From a virus (Duplodnaviria; Caudoviricetes), in IMG/VR virus record IMGVR_UViG_3300012894_000001, positions 1 through 59,213 of that record: a stretch of 59,213 nt of DNA. The stretch is one strand, 5' to 3'. A program made the translations under genes and the position numbers. Below, piece after piece: positions 43,789 through 52,710 of this stretch; the stretch's first letter is position 1, and each line of letters starts with the position of its first letter. The notes under the pieces were generated by a model, which saw only the letters and a list, made by a program, of their open reading frames with translations, was not told where the DNA came from and made no database searches.

Positions 43789-44517
43789 TTAGAACGAGTA
43801 CTCGCCGCTCTGACGTTTCTCGGCGGCGATCTGCTCGGTTGTGCGGCCACCCGTGGCGGCTGCGCCCGCGCCACCCAGGGGCACGCGGGGAGTGATGGTG
43901 CGCTGCTGCTCCTGCTGCTGCTCGCCACCTTGGGCGCTCAGCGCGGGCAGGAAGTCGCCCCAGTTGGCCTTGGCGTACTCGGTCAGCGGCTGGACCTTGC
44001 CGTCCGCGCCCTTCACGCCGTAGGTCTTGACCTTCTCGCCTTCCTTCTCCCCGTCGACTTCCAGTTCCTCGAAGGTCAGGTCGCCGCCGAGCTTCTCGAG
44101 CACGCCGGGTTTGTAGCCCACCCGCTCGGCCACACCGCGCAGCTGCTCGCGCCGTTCGAATCCGGCTAACTTCTCACTGGCCTGCGTGCCGCTCTCGACC
44201 TTTGTCTTGACCTCGGCCGGTGCGCCCAGGGCCTGGTACTCGGTCCACTGGGCGGCCTGCTCTTTGGTCAGGACGACGGCCCCGTCGGGGAGTTTGGCCT
44301 GAGCGACTTCACCCTCAAGCGTGCGAACCCGGTCACGGTAGGTGGCGTTCTCGCCCAGCAGGGTGGCTGCCAGGGCCATGGCGTCGCCGTTGTGCTTGGA
44401 GAGCTGCCCCTGGAGGTTCCGGGCGACCTTGTCGGGATCTTCGCCTTCGGCACGGTGGGGGAAGGCGGCGAGCGCCAGGGTGGCAGACAACAGCAGGCGG
44501 TTGGAGAGGGTCTTCAT
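43789..44517 (-). CDS. Capsid scaffolding protein
   Basis: Helical, charged, ENATYR motif, flexible Gly-rich C-terminus; canonical position. Confidence 0.75.
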   Translation of the reverse strand: MKTLSNRLLLSATLALAAFPHRAEGEDPDKVARNLQGQLSKHNGDAMALAATLLGENATYRDRVRTLEGEVAQAKLPDGAVVLTKEQAAQWTEYQALGAPAEVKTKVESGTQASEKLAGFERREQLRGVAERVGYKPGVLEKLGGDLTFEELEVDGEKEGEKVKTYGVKGADGKVQPLTEYAKANWGDFLPALSAQGGEQQQEQQRTITPRVPLGGAGAAATGGRTTEQIAAEKRQSGEYSF

Positions 44518-44522
44518 GGTCT

Positions 44523-44630
44523 GTTCCTCCTTGGGAACGCGAGCCCTGCACCTTGGCAGAGACGACGAAGCCCCCGACCTTGCGGGGGCGACTGGGGCGA
44601 ACAGGACTTACCACCGGGCCTTGCCGGGTG
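44523..44630 (-). promoter_or_regulatory. Four tandem hairpins with CAAGG loops in the scaffold leader
   Basis: CACCCGG-CAAGG-CCCGGTG, GCCCCCG-CAAGG-TCGGGGGC, CTCTGC-CAAGG-TGCAGGG, GTTCC-CAAGG-AGGAAC; the last contains the SD. Confidence 0.75.
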
Positions 44631-44638
44631 CCGAGGTG

Positions 44639-45148
44639 CTACATCCGGTACTCGTCCCTGGGCGGCCCGGTCGACACCAGAGCGCGGCCCAGAGCCTGCT
44701 CAGCGTCCTCGTGCGGGTAGGCGTCCACCTCGGCGGGCAGCAGCACCTCGACCCGGAAGGCCAGGGCGTACGGCCCAGCCAGGAAGTCCGGCCAGAGGAA
44801 GGTTTGTAGCGCGGGCAATCTGCTGTCGCTGACGGTGGCTCCCTCGGCAGTCAGCTCGACAGCGACAGCGTGCTGAATCCCGGGCAGGCGCACGGCGGCG
44901 ATGCTGAGGAGGAGCTGCTGAGGCGTACCGTGCGAGCGCAGCATCTCCCAGAACAGACTGTCGGTCGGCTGTTGATCGGTGCTGGCGTACAGCGTCATGC
45001 TCATCAAACCAAGTCCATGCAAGCGGGCGTAGAACCGCGGATTGCTCAGATCGCACACGTGATCGAGCAGGGTTCCTTCACCCGTGATGGCGTAGGCGGC
45101 GTGGTACAGGCAGCCCCAGAGATTGAATTGCCTCGCGTGTTCAAGCAT
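44639..45148 (-). CDS. Putative papain-like (C39-type) cysteine peptidase
   Basis: Q-x5-C (QFNLWGC), HAVAV and VSDS occur in the order expected for Gln/Cys/His/Asp. Confidence 0.55.
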   Translation of the reverse strand: MLEHARQFNLWGCLYHAAYAITGEGTLLDHVCDLSNPRFYARLHGLGLMSMTLYASTDQQPTDSLFWEMLRSHGTPQQLLLSIAAVRLPGIQHAVAVELTAEGATVSDSRLPALQTFLWPDFLAGPYALAFRVEVLLPAEVDAYPHEDAEQALGRALVSTGPPRDEYRM

Positions 45149-45156
45149 GTGTCACC

Positions 45157-45759
45157 TCACGGCAGGAACTTGAGGATGTGCCCGCAGAAGGCCTTCTCGC
45201 TCCACGGTAGCTCGGCGGCCCCTGGTCCGTAGACCATGTAGCCGCCGATGTTGAAGAGCTCGTCGACGCCGATGATCTTGCCTTCGAGGATGCTGTGGGC
45301 CCTCGGCTCCTGCACGGGCCGCAGCCGGATGAACTGCTTGCGGGTCGCGCCGTTCACCGTGGCGCTCGACCGTGTACCCATGCGAACCGCGTCGGTCACC
45401 AGGATCTGCGCCGCCAGCCGGGCGTACGGACTCACCAGGGCCTCGCTGGCGCCGGTGAGCACGATGCCCGCCCGTTCGGTGACCACGGCTGCCCGCTGGA
45501 TGGAGAAGGCCACGCCCTGATCGAGCAGCGGGGCTGTCAGCGCCTGCGAGCCGGTCAGGTCGGCCTGCTGGGCCGCCGCACCGGCCTCGAAGCCCTCAAA
45601 CGCACCGAGGCGGGCGCGCTGCTCGATGGCCGCCCGCACGCTCGCGTCGGTCGCCCCGCTGCCGAGCCGCCGGAACAGGTCGGCCAGCAGTTCGGTGAAG
45701 TCGGCCGTGACGCCCTGTTGCAGGTCGCCGCTGAGCTTGCCGAGGCCTGCGAAGGTCAC
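45157..45759 (-). CDS. Minor head protein (Mu gpF-like)
   Basis: After portal; KQF..PRAHS.LEG..VDELF..PG..E..FC pattern. Confidence 0.7.
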   Translation of the reverse strand: MTFAGLGKLSGDLQQGVTADFTELLADLFRRLGSGATDASVRAAIEQRARLGAFEGFEAGAAAQQADLTGSQALTAPLLDQGVAFSIQRAAVVTERAGIVLTGASEALVSPYARLAAQILVTDAVRMGTRSSATVNGATRKQFIRLRPVQEPRAHSILEGKIIGVDELFNIGGYMVYGPGAAELPWSEKAFCGHILKFLP

Positions 45760-47399
45760 GCGCTGACCGGGTTCTGGTCGATGGTCTGCGCTCCAGCGTC
45801 AAGCAGCTTCTTCAGGGCCTCCTCTCGGTTGACCGTGAGCGGGTTGGTGGCGCGGTCCTCTTCGATCCGCCCTTTCTCCATCGCCACGTCGGTCACGCCG
45901 GGGGTGGATTCGAGCATGGCGTCCAGGCTCAGGCCGCCCGCCTGCCACATCAAGAGCTTGACCTTCAGCTCCTCGAGGTTAGCGGCGTCCACGTCGAGGG
46001 TGAGTTTGGGCGTGAAGGTCACGTCCTGGTACTCGGCCTGTTTTGCGGGGCCGATCATCATCCCGGCCAGCATCAGGGCCGCCTTCAGTGCCCAGGCCAG
46101 GGCCGAGCCGATGTCCTGGGAGGCGAAGGCCACCCGACGCTCGAACGGCTTCCTTGACTGACGCTTGCTCTCACCGCTCACCCCGCTGCGGGCCTCGCCG
46201 TCGATGCGCCACGTCTGGTCGAACTTGTCGAGGATGCGCTTGATCCAGTCGTCCATGCTGGGGATGTGGTAGTCGGCCGGGTTCAGCGGGTCGACCACTT
46301 CCCACTTCGGCGTGAGGCGGCTGGGCATGTTCGTCTCGGAAATGTCCTCTGGCACCACCGTCAGGCCCTTCAGGTTCACCACCACGCCCGGCCCCATCTG
46401 GTACGCGGCGGGCTTGCCGCTCGGGTCTGTCGGTGGCTCCGCGTTGCTGACGATGAACTGCCGGTACCCGGTCTGCTCGTCGTTGCGGCCCTTGTAGGTC
46501 GTGACGACGTTCAGCCGGTCCTGGGCGTCGCGGGCACTGAGGGTAATGCTGCTGCCGCCGTCGCGGTCGGCGTGGAACATCAGAAAGGTCGGGCGGCGGG
46601 TGGTGCCGACCGAAGCCATCGGGTTGTCGGCCTCAAAATCCGGCAGCGGCGTGAGGGCCCCGGCTGTGCCCTGCAGGAAGCGGTGCACCGTGTCGCGGGT
46701 GTACAGCTCGACGTAGGTGGCGTCCTGGCCATCCGCGTCTTTCTGCACGTAACGGTTCCAGTACCCGATGGTACGGCCGTGCGCGTCGATCAGGGGACCG
46801 GCGTGGCGCGGGTCAAGGCTCTCGACGTAGATCAGCTCCAGGGCTTCGTCCAACGTCTTAGGCGGAGTCGTTTTGATCTGCTCGGCGTAGTCGTCCGGGA
46901 CCGAGACGCGCATCACCAGGCGACCGGCCCACCAGCGGGCGCGGGCAGCATCACGCAGGATGTCGTTCAGCCTGGATTCCTGCTGCCAGGCGGTGAGCGC
47001 GGCCGGGATCTCGGCCTTCGTATCCAAGGAGTTGCCGCCGAGCAGGGCGTCCCAGTCCGGCTCTTTGCCGAACAGGGCGTTGACCTCGGCCTCCATGCTG
47101 GGTCCGATCTGGTCGTCCTGCACCAGCTGAGGCAGCACGTCCGTCAGGTCGCCACTGGTGGGCTTGCGACCTTTCCAGTAGATGCCAGTCTTGCCGATCT
47201 GGTTGCCGTGCGCGTAATCGTGCAGCACGTTCAGGTCGAGCAGACCGAGCGCCTTCACGCCCAGTGCCGCGCTCAGCAGCACGGGGAGACCAGGCGGGAG
47301 CTTGAGGCCGGCCAGTTCCAGCAGCGTCGGGGTGCCGAGGGTACTGGTGACCATGGGCAGGACCGGGGGCGTCATCATTCCGGGTTGGGGTAAGGTCAT
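45756..47399 (-). CDS. Portal protein
   Basis: 547 aa directly after TerL; QDRLN and SGES motifs of SPP1-like portals. Confidence 0.85.
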   Translation of the reverse strand: MTLPQPGMMTPPVLPMVTSTLGTPTLLELAGLKLPPGLPVLLSAALGVKALGLLDLNVLHDYAHGNQIGKTGIYWKGRKPTSGDLTDVLPQLVQDDQIGPSMEAEVNALFGKEPDWDALLGGNSLDTKAEIPAALTAWQQESRLNDILRDAARARWWAGRLVMRVSVPDDYAEQIKTTPPKTLDEALELIYVESLDPRHAGPLIDAHGRTIGYWNRYVQKDADGQDATYVELYTRDTVHRFLQGTAGALTPLPDFEADNPMASVGTTRRPTFLMFHADRDGGSSITLSARDAQDRLNVVTTYKGRNDEQTGYRQFIVSNAEPPTDPSGKPAAYQMGPGVVVNLKGLTVVPEDISETNMPSRLTPKWEVVDPLNPADYHIPSMDDWIKRILDKFDQTWRIDGEARSGVSGESKRQSRKPFERRVAFASQDIGSALAWALKAALMLAGMMIGPAKQAEYQDVTFTPKLTLDVDAANLEELKVKLLMWQAGGLSLDAMLESTPGVTDVAMEKGRIEEDRATNPLTVNREEALKKLLDAGAQTIDQNPVSA

Positions 47400-47410
47400 C
47401 GGTCACCTCC

Positions 47411-49009
47411 TCAGTACTGGGTCACGACGCTTCCGCGTGGAGCCTCGAGCTTGAATGTCTTACGGGTCAGCACTTCCCGGAGCCACGCATCGGCGTCGGC
47501 CAGGTCGTAGGGTTTGTATTCGGGCAGGCGCTTGAGGCTGGCGAACAGGGCGAGGTGCGTCCCTCTAGCCTCGACGAACTCGCCGCGCTCACGGGCGCTC
47601 AGGGCCACCTGCCAGCGCTCCCGCTTGCCGCCGGTCGCCGTGCTGGCCTTCACCTGCACCAGACGCGGCTTCGGGGTGCTGGCGGGAATCAGGCCCTCGG
47701 CGATCAGGGCGGCCCAGGTCTGGGCGTACACCGCGATCCAGGTGTCTCCGCCCTGGTTGGTCTCGATCACCAGCTGACTGGCCTTCAGCTCGACGGCCTT
47801 CTTGCAGGCGCGGCGCATCATCCCGTCGGTGGTGTCGCGGCCCTCCCAGCTGTACAGGCCGACCACCCGGCCGCCGGGTAACCTGCCACCGGCGCGGATG
47901 CCGTTGCTGTCGCTGTTGTCGGTGGCGGTCACGGCCGGGTCGCAGACGACGGCCACGTCCTCGAACTCGGAGAGGTCGGGAGCGTTGACCAGTGTCTTGT
48001 CGAGGTCGAAGCCTTCGTAGAGGTTGCCGGTCAGCGCGCCGACTTCGTTCTGCTTCTCCTCGATGAACTGCGTCGGCCCCATCTGGTTGAGTTCCGCTTC
48101 CAGGGCAGCCAGAGACATTTTCTCAGGCCAGCTGCTGACGCCACCCGTGATCCTGTACACCGGTCGACCCTCGGCGTTCTGGCCGGTCAGCTCGAACTCC
48201 AGCCCGCGCACCGCCGGGTGTGGTCCGCTCACAATCCGGTCCATCAGGAAGTCCGCCGGATGCTCGGGATCGAGGTCGGCCAGGCGGGTGAAGATGCCGT
48301 GGGGGTTAATGATGTTCTGCAGCCCGATCACCACACGGTGAGAGGCCCCGGCCGGGATGATGCTGCTCGTCAGGGTGCGGATCTTCTTCGCCGTGGTCCT
48401 GAGGGTGTCCTCTTTGCTGTCGAGGTCGTCGAGCAGGATCACGTCCGGGCGACTGCCTTCGAGCAGCAGGCCTCGGATGCTGGTGTCGAGCCCGGCGGCG
48501 TCCACCACCACACCAGACGCGGTACGCATCCGGTCACGGCGCCAGCCTTTGCTGTTGCCGAACTTGTTGACCTCGCGCTGGGAGAGGAGCGGGTAGTACG
48601 ATTCGACCTCGGCCGATTCGAGCACCGCCCCGATGTTCTGCACGGCGTCGTTCGCCTGGTCCTGCGTCTCCTTGACGTACAGGATGTAGCGGAACCCGGC
48701 GGCAGCCAGTCGGACCACCGCGCGCTCAGCGTTGGTGGTCTTGCTGAACCCGCGCGGCCAGATGTAGATCTCGGTGGCAGTGCGGCCTGGGGTGTGCGCC
48801 CACATGCGGGCCCAGAACTCCTCGTGGAAGTCGGCCAGCGGGCGAGTGTAGGTACGCGGGAAGAGGGCCTGAAGCCAGGGCAATGGCGCGAGCGGGGCCT
48901 GCTTGCCGTCGCCGAGTCTAGTTGAGGGCTGGTAGAGCGTTGCCAACGTCTCGCTGTCCAGAAACTGCGAGGGATTGTAGGCGCTGGGCGATCCGGTCGA
49001 GTACGTCAT
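47411..49009 (-). CDS. terL: Terminase large subunit
   Basis: PRGFSKTT Walker A, RPDVILLDDLD Walker B, VVCDPA, IETNQGG and YDLADA nuclease motifs. Confidence 0.95.
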   Translation of the reverse strand: MTYSTGSPSAYNPSQFLDSETLATLYQPSTRLGDGKQAPLAPLPWLQALFPRTYTRPLADFHEEFWARMWAHTPGRTATEIYIWPRGFSKTTNAERAVVRLAAAGFRYILYVKETQDQANDAVQNIGAVLESAEVESYYPLLSQREVNKFGNSKGWRRDRMRTASGVVVDAAGLDTSIRGLLLEGSRPDVILLDDLDSKEDTLRTTAKKIRTLTSSIIPAGASHRVVIGLQNIINPHGIFTRLADLDPEHPADFLMDRIVSGPHPAVRGLEFELTGQNAEGRPVYRITGGVSSWPEKMSLAALEAELNQMGPTQFIEEKQNEVGALTGNLYEGFDLDKTLVNAPDLSEFEDVAVVCDPAVTATDNSDSNGIRAGGRLPGGRVVGLYSWEGRDTTDGMMRRACKKAVELKASQLVIETNQGGDTWIAVYAQTWAALIAEGLIPASTPKPRLVQVKASTATGGKRERWQVALSARERGEFVEARGTHLALFASLKRLPEYKPYDLADADAWLREVLTRKTFKLEAPRGSVVTQY

Positions 49010-49484
49010 GGTCCAACACCTCCTCTCGCACGATGGTCAGCACGTCCCGGGCGAAGGCACGGGCATCGTCGATCTTGATGTGTTCGGTGCTCTCGCCCAG
49101 GATCAGGCGCTCGAGCTTCACCAGCCGTTCGTAGGCGGCCACTGCTTCGTGCGGCTTCTCGTAGGCTGCAGACTTGCCTTCCACCCCGCCCGCGTACTTC
49201 AGGGCGTTCAGCTTCATCGCCTGGATCTGCGCGAGCTGCTGCGAGGTGTCGCGGGCCATCACGGTGGACTGAAGATCGGTGATTTTCTCGCCCGCCCGCT
49301 CTCCCACTTTTTCCCAGTGGGCTTCCCGAAGGGCCAGCCACTTTTCACGCGAGGCGACGTTCTGAACGGTCTTTTCCTTGATCCCGATTCTTCCCGCGTA
49401 TTCCCGCAGGGAGGGTTGGGAGGCATCGGTGATGAAGCCGAGCCGCAGTTCAATCCAACTGTGCTTGTCTGCCACTCCGCTCAC
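48918..49484 (-). CDS. terS: Terminase small subunit
   Basis: SLREYAGRIGIKEKTV..EKW HTH; LERLILGESTE; upstream of TerL. Confidence 0.85.
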   Translation of the reverse strand: MSGVADKHSWIELRLGFITDASQPSLREYAGRIGIKEKTVQNVASREKWLALREAHWEKVGERAGEKITDLQSTVMARDTSQQLAQIQAMKLNALKYAGGVEGKSAAYEKPHEAVAAYERLVKLERLILGESTEHIKIDDARAFARDVLTIVREEVLDHDVLDRIAQRLQSLAVSGQRDVGNALPALN

Positions 49485-49487
49485 CTC

Positions 49488-49670
49488 CTATTGCCCTAGA
49501 AAGTCCTTCAGCCACCGGTCCACCCTGATATCCGTCTCCGTCCTCACCCGCACCGGCGCGGGCTCCAGCTCGGGCAGAGGTTCAGACTTGGTGTCCCAGG
49601 CTCGCTCAAGTTCGCGGTTCAGGCTGGCGACCTGCTCGGGAGTGGGCGGCTTGCGCTGCTTGCGGGGCAC
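49488..49670 (-). CDS. Small hypothetical protein
   Basis: AGGTGA SD-like sequence; in the late operon before terS. Confidence 0.5.
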   Translation of the reverse strand: MPRKQRKPPTPEQVASLNRELERAWDTKSEPLPELEPAPVRVRTETDIRVDRWLKDFLGQ

Positions 49671-49852
49671 CGGGCATCACCTACAGCGGCTCGGCGTACA
49701 GCCAACGGCCCTGAGCGACGAAACGGCGAGGGATGCAGCCCAACGCCTGCCGTCCGGCCCGGTTCTGCGCGGTCAGGTGCTCGGCCACCTCAGCGGCCCG
49801 GGCTTCAGTCTTGAAATACCAGACGTACTCCATCGGGCCTCCTGACGGCATG

Positions 49853-49883
49853 AAAAAAGCGCCGACCCGGTGTGGGTGGCGCT
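49853..49883 (-). terminator. tR'-like terminator just downstream of the late promoter
   Basis: AGCGCCACCC-ACACC-GGGTCGGCGCT-TTTTT. Confidence 0.8.
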
Positions 49884-49916
49884 GATTGGTTTCGACTTTT
49901 CGTGAACTCTAGCAAA

Positions 49917-49945
49917 AGTGTACTCGTTGACGGCAAAACCCGCAA
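49917..49945 (-). promoter_or_regulatory. Late (pR'-like) promoter
   Basis: TTGCGG-N17-TACACT upstream of the whole virion operon. Confidence 0.75.
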
Positions 49946-49948
49946 GAG

Positions 49949-50287
49949 TTAAGTATCGCGCTTGGCATATTGACCGCACTTCAGGGCGGCGTTAACGCGG
50001 TCAATCAACACGTAAGCATCTTCAGGGCTCAGCGGCTGGGGTAGGGCATGGGAATATAGCGAGACCGAATATTTGACCAAGCGCTCAGCGCGCCCTACGA
50101 TCTGACGGGCCCATTCCTTACCCTTGCCGATCATGTCGCCAATCTCTTGATAGGTGTGCCCGTTCAACCGAAGAATCCAAGCCCGAGCTTCGAGTTCGGT
50201 AAATTCCAGCTGTACCCCTGCGGCAACAACAACCTCAGTCTCTTGACCGCGTAAAAACTTACGGGTGCTGGGAGCGGCTTCATTCAT
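49949..50287 (-). CDS. Sigma70-region-4-like HTH protein, candidate late regulator/antiterminator
   Basis: FTELEARAWILRLNGHTYQEIGDMIG..RQIVGRA; immediately upstream of the late promoter. Confidence 0.7.
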   Translation of the reverse strand: MNEAAPSTRKFLRGQETEVVVAAGVQLEFTELEARAWILRLNGHTYQEIGDMIGKGKEWARQIVGRAERLVKYSVSLYSHALPQPLSPEDAYVLIDRVNAALKCGQYAKRDT

Positions 50288-50864
50288 CTCCCTCCATCTT
50301 ATCCGGGTGGCCCATCACTTGGCGGCAATAGACTAAATGCGCCTCGGCTTGCTCGTCTCGAAGGACCACGGCGAGACTCAGCACGGCCAACCCCCAAGCG
50401 GCCATGCGAGAAGCGTCGCGCGCCCAGGACGCCCCGGCACGCAGCAGACTCTCCGGCTTGCGGGCCTCGGGGCGTCGCAGGGCGTCGAGCAGGCGTCCAG
50501 ACTCGCGCGTCTCTTTAGCTGTGCTGAGCCCCATCCGGGTGATGATCTGCGCCACCTCGCCCTCGAGGTACTGGCCGGTCGGGAGGCGGAGCATGGTGGC
50601 CTGATCGGGCAGCACCTCGCCGAGGGTGGTGACGTAGCCCCAGCGGTCGGCGAATCCGGAGTAGGTGACGGCGGGGGTGGGGACGCGGCTGTGCTCGACC
50701 TGCCAGCACAGCAGGGCCTGATACCACTGCTCGGCGTACTGGCGGGCTTCGCGCTGCCGCTCTCTGGGGGCGGTGAGCTGGTCGACGGTCTGGCGGGCGC
50801 GGTTCTGGCCCAGGCGGCGACGTTCGGGGGTCAATCGGGCCTCCGGTTCAAGGATCATGGTCAT
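50280..50864 (-). CDS. Hypothetical protein
   Basis: ATGA coupling; codon bias. Confidence 0.65.
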   Translation of the reverse strand: MTMILEPEARLTPERRRLGQNRARQTVDQLTAPRERQREARQYAEQWYQALLCWQVEHSRVPTPAVTYSGFADRWGYVTTLGEVLPDQATMLRLPTGQYLEGEVAQIITRMGLSTAKETRESGRLLDALRRPEARKPESLLRAGASWARDASRMAAWGLAVLSLAVVLRDEQAEAHLVYCRQVMGHPDKMEGDE

Positions 50865-51166
50865 GAATGCCCCTTGAATTTGACGATGGCCCGGCACATG
50901 CCTGACGGCTCAACGCGCAGCAGGTTTATCGAGGTGACGGGGCCTGAGAGAACACCGTGCGCAGTCTCGAGCCGGCACATGATCGGGGCAGCTCGGAGCG
51001 ACCGTTTCAGACCGAGCAGCTCTGCCGCCGTCATCACAGCTTCGGATTGCGCCTCGGAGAGTGCGACCTGAAAGCGAGCCCGCCGGAGTGTTTCGCCATT
51101 CACGAACAAGTCGGCGGCGGCCTGAGCGACCCTCGTCGCTTCACACATCACTTCTTCTTCGGTCAT
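50861..51166 (-). CDS. Hypothetical protein
   Basis: ATGA coupling at both ends. Confidence 0.55.
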   Translation of the reverse strand: MTEEEVMCEATRVAQAAADLFVNGETLRRARFQVALSEAQSEAVMTAAELLGLKRSLRAAPIMCRLETAHGVLSGPVTSINLLRVEPSGMCRAIVKFKGHS

Positions 51167-51363
51167 CGGTGCAGCTCCAAAAGCATTGCGAGTGTCCGGA
51201 TAAGGCCGCGCCGCTTCATTTCTTCGATCAGCGCATCTCGACGTGCGTAAATCTGAGCGACCTGCCAGGAAGCATCTTCAGAACACAGGTACTTCATGCC
51301 GTCGAAACTGTTCACGAACTCGGCCCGAAGCTGCGTTTCGGGTAGGTCAATCAATCTGCTCAT
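51163..51363 (-). CDS. Small hypothetical protein
   Basis: GAGGAGG SD before MSRLIDL. Confidence 0.5.
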   Translation of the reverse strand: MSRLIDLPETQLRAEFVNSFDGMKYLCSEDASWQVAQIYARRDALIEEMKRRGLIRTLAMLLELHR

Positions 51364-51427
51364 CGGTGCTGCTGCCTCCTCTGCCTGAGCCGGGGCAGGC
51401 GCGCGAGGTGAAGTCGGAGGGCGGGGG

Positions 51428-51730
51428 TCATGCGTCCGCCAGCTGCTCGAACACCTCGGCGTAATCCTCCATGACCGAGGCCTGAATCCGCTCGAACTCG
51501 GCGTCAGCGACATACCCATGCCCGTACAGTTCGTCGAGCAGGCGGACGGTCTCAGACGACATCTGGGGAATCACTGGACGGTGAGGACTTGTGATTTTGT
51601 CGCTTGAGAAGCTCAGCATCGAGCAGTGAATGAACGTGAAACCTTGCCAGCCCCGCCTCGTCTTCGGCTTGGCGTCGGTGTACAGCTCTTTCAGCAGGGC
51701 CTCGGTGGCGGGCGTGATGTCGGCGCTCAC
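51428..51730 (-). CDS. Hypothetical protein
   Basis: GTGA coupling. Confidence 0.6.
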   Translation of the reverse strand: MSADITPATEALLKELYTDAKPKTRRGWQGFTFIHCSMLSFSSDKITSPHRPVIPQMSSETVRLLDELYGHGYVADAEFERIQASVMEDYAEVFEQLADA

Positions 51731-51890
51731 CGCTTAGCCTCAAGCAGACAGATCAGAAGCATGAAAAAGAAAACAGTCCGGCCCATGTAGTAGGACCGCT
51801 CGGCCCAGGACTTGCGCTTGTCGAGTGACCAGTGGTGGTTGAGGAGGCAAGAAACGAGCGCGATGATCTGGAAAAAGATGTAGACCCAGT

Positions 51891-52100
51891 TCATCGTCCC
51901 GCCTCCAGTGTCTGGGCCACCTGCTGCCCGGTGAGGGTGAGCACCAGCCCGCCCGCATCTCCCTCGCGCACATACGCCAGCTCGAGCAGCCGCACCCGCG
52001 CGGGGCAGGCGTCCACTGGGACGGCCCGCTCACCACGACCCTGGGCGTCCCACAGGCGCAGGAGGAGGAGGGCGGGGGCACCGTTGGGACGGAGGCTCAC
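51891..52100 (-). CDS. Small winged-helix-like hypothetical protein
   Basis: LLELAYV..LTLTGQQVA pattern; coupled. Confidence 0.55.
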   Translation of the reverse strand: MSLRPNGAPALLLLRLWDAQGRGERAVPVDACPARVRLLELAYVREGDAGGLVLTLTGQQVAQTLEAGR

Positions 52101-52345
52101 TCGGCGGGCTCTGGGTTCAAAGCAGCGCGAAGATAAGTACGGGCGCAGGAGCCCTGATCTATCTCTGCCGTTACGGAGCCGTCTACGTGGCCCACGGTCG
52201 TACGCGCGACACCTTTGCTCCAGGTCTCGGGCTTCGCATAGACCTCAAGGCCCCTCTGGAGCATGTTGGCTTTCGCTGTCAGAGCGGCATTACTTTTCTG
52301 GAGGCGTTCAATCTCGAATTCGATAGCTGCGGCGTTCATGTTCAT
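52097..52345 (-). CDS. Hypothetical protein
   Basis: AAGGAG SD; ATGA coupling. Confidence 0.6.
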   Translation of the reverse strand: MNMNAAAIEFEIERLQKSNAALTAKANMLQRGLEVYAKPETWSKGVARTTVGHVDGSVTAEIDQGSCARTYLRAALNPEPAE

Positions 52346-52710
52346 GTCATCTCCTTGACTACTTTTCGGATCTGCCGCCCGAGGGCAACGATCTGCTTTG
52401 CTTCTTCCGGCGTGCGGATCAGGTGGGGGTGGATGCCGTAGGTCTCGCGGAGGTGGTGGTGCATGTCGCGCTGCTCGTCACTGAGTCGCCCGCTCTCGGT
52501 CTTCAGCTCGATCAGCACGGCCAGGCACACGCCGAGGCCGCAGCCGAGCAGGAACACGCGGTCGGGGAAGCCCGTCTTGATGGTCCCGTGCCGCTTGCCA
52601 CCCCGGACCACCAGGGCCGCGTCCGTCTTCAGGTCCGAGTACCAGCCGGCCCGGATGAACAGGTCCCGCACCTGGGCCTCGATCTGGGCCTCCGAATAGC
52701 CGGGGGTCAG
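52342..52710 (-). CDS. VRR-NUC domain nuclease
   Basis: GFPDRVFL..IELKTESGRLSDEQ; upstream SEAQIEAQV extends the domain to a CTG at 52710. Confidence 0.85.
   Translation of the reverse strand: MTPGYSEAQIEAQVRDLFIRAGWYSDLKTDAALVVRGGKRHGTIKTGFPDRVFLLGCGLGVCLAVLIELKTESGRLSDEQRDMHHHLRETYGIHPHLIRTPEEAKQIVALGRQIRKVVKEMT

Noticed and set aside
48918-49009. 92-bp terS/terL overlap as a special feature
   Set aside because: Such overlaps are common and the TerL start may lie further downstream.
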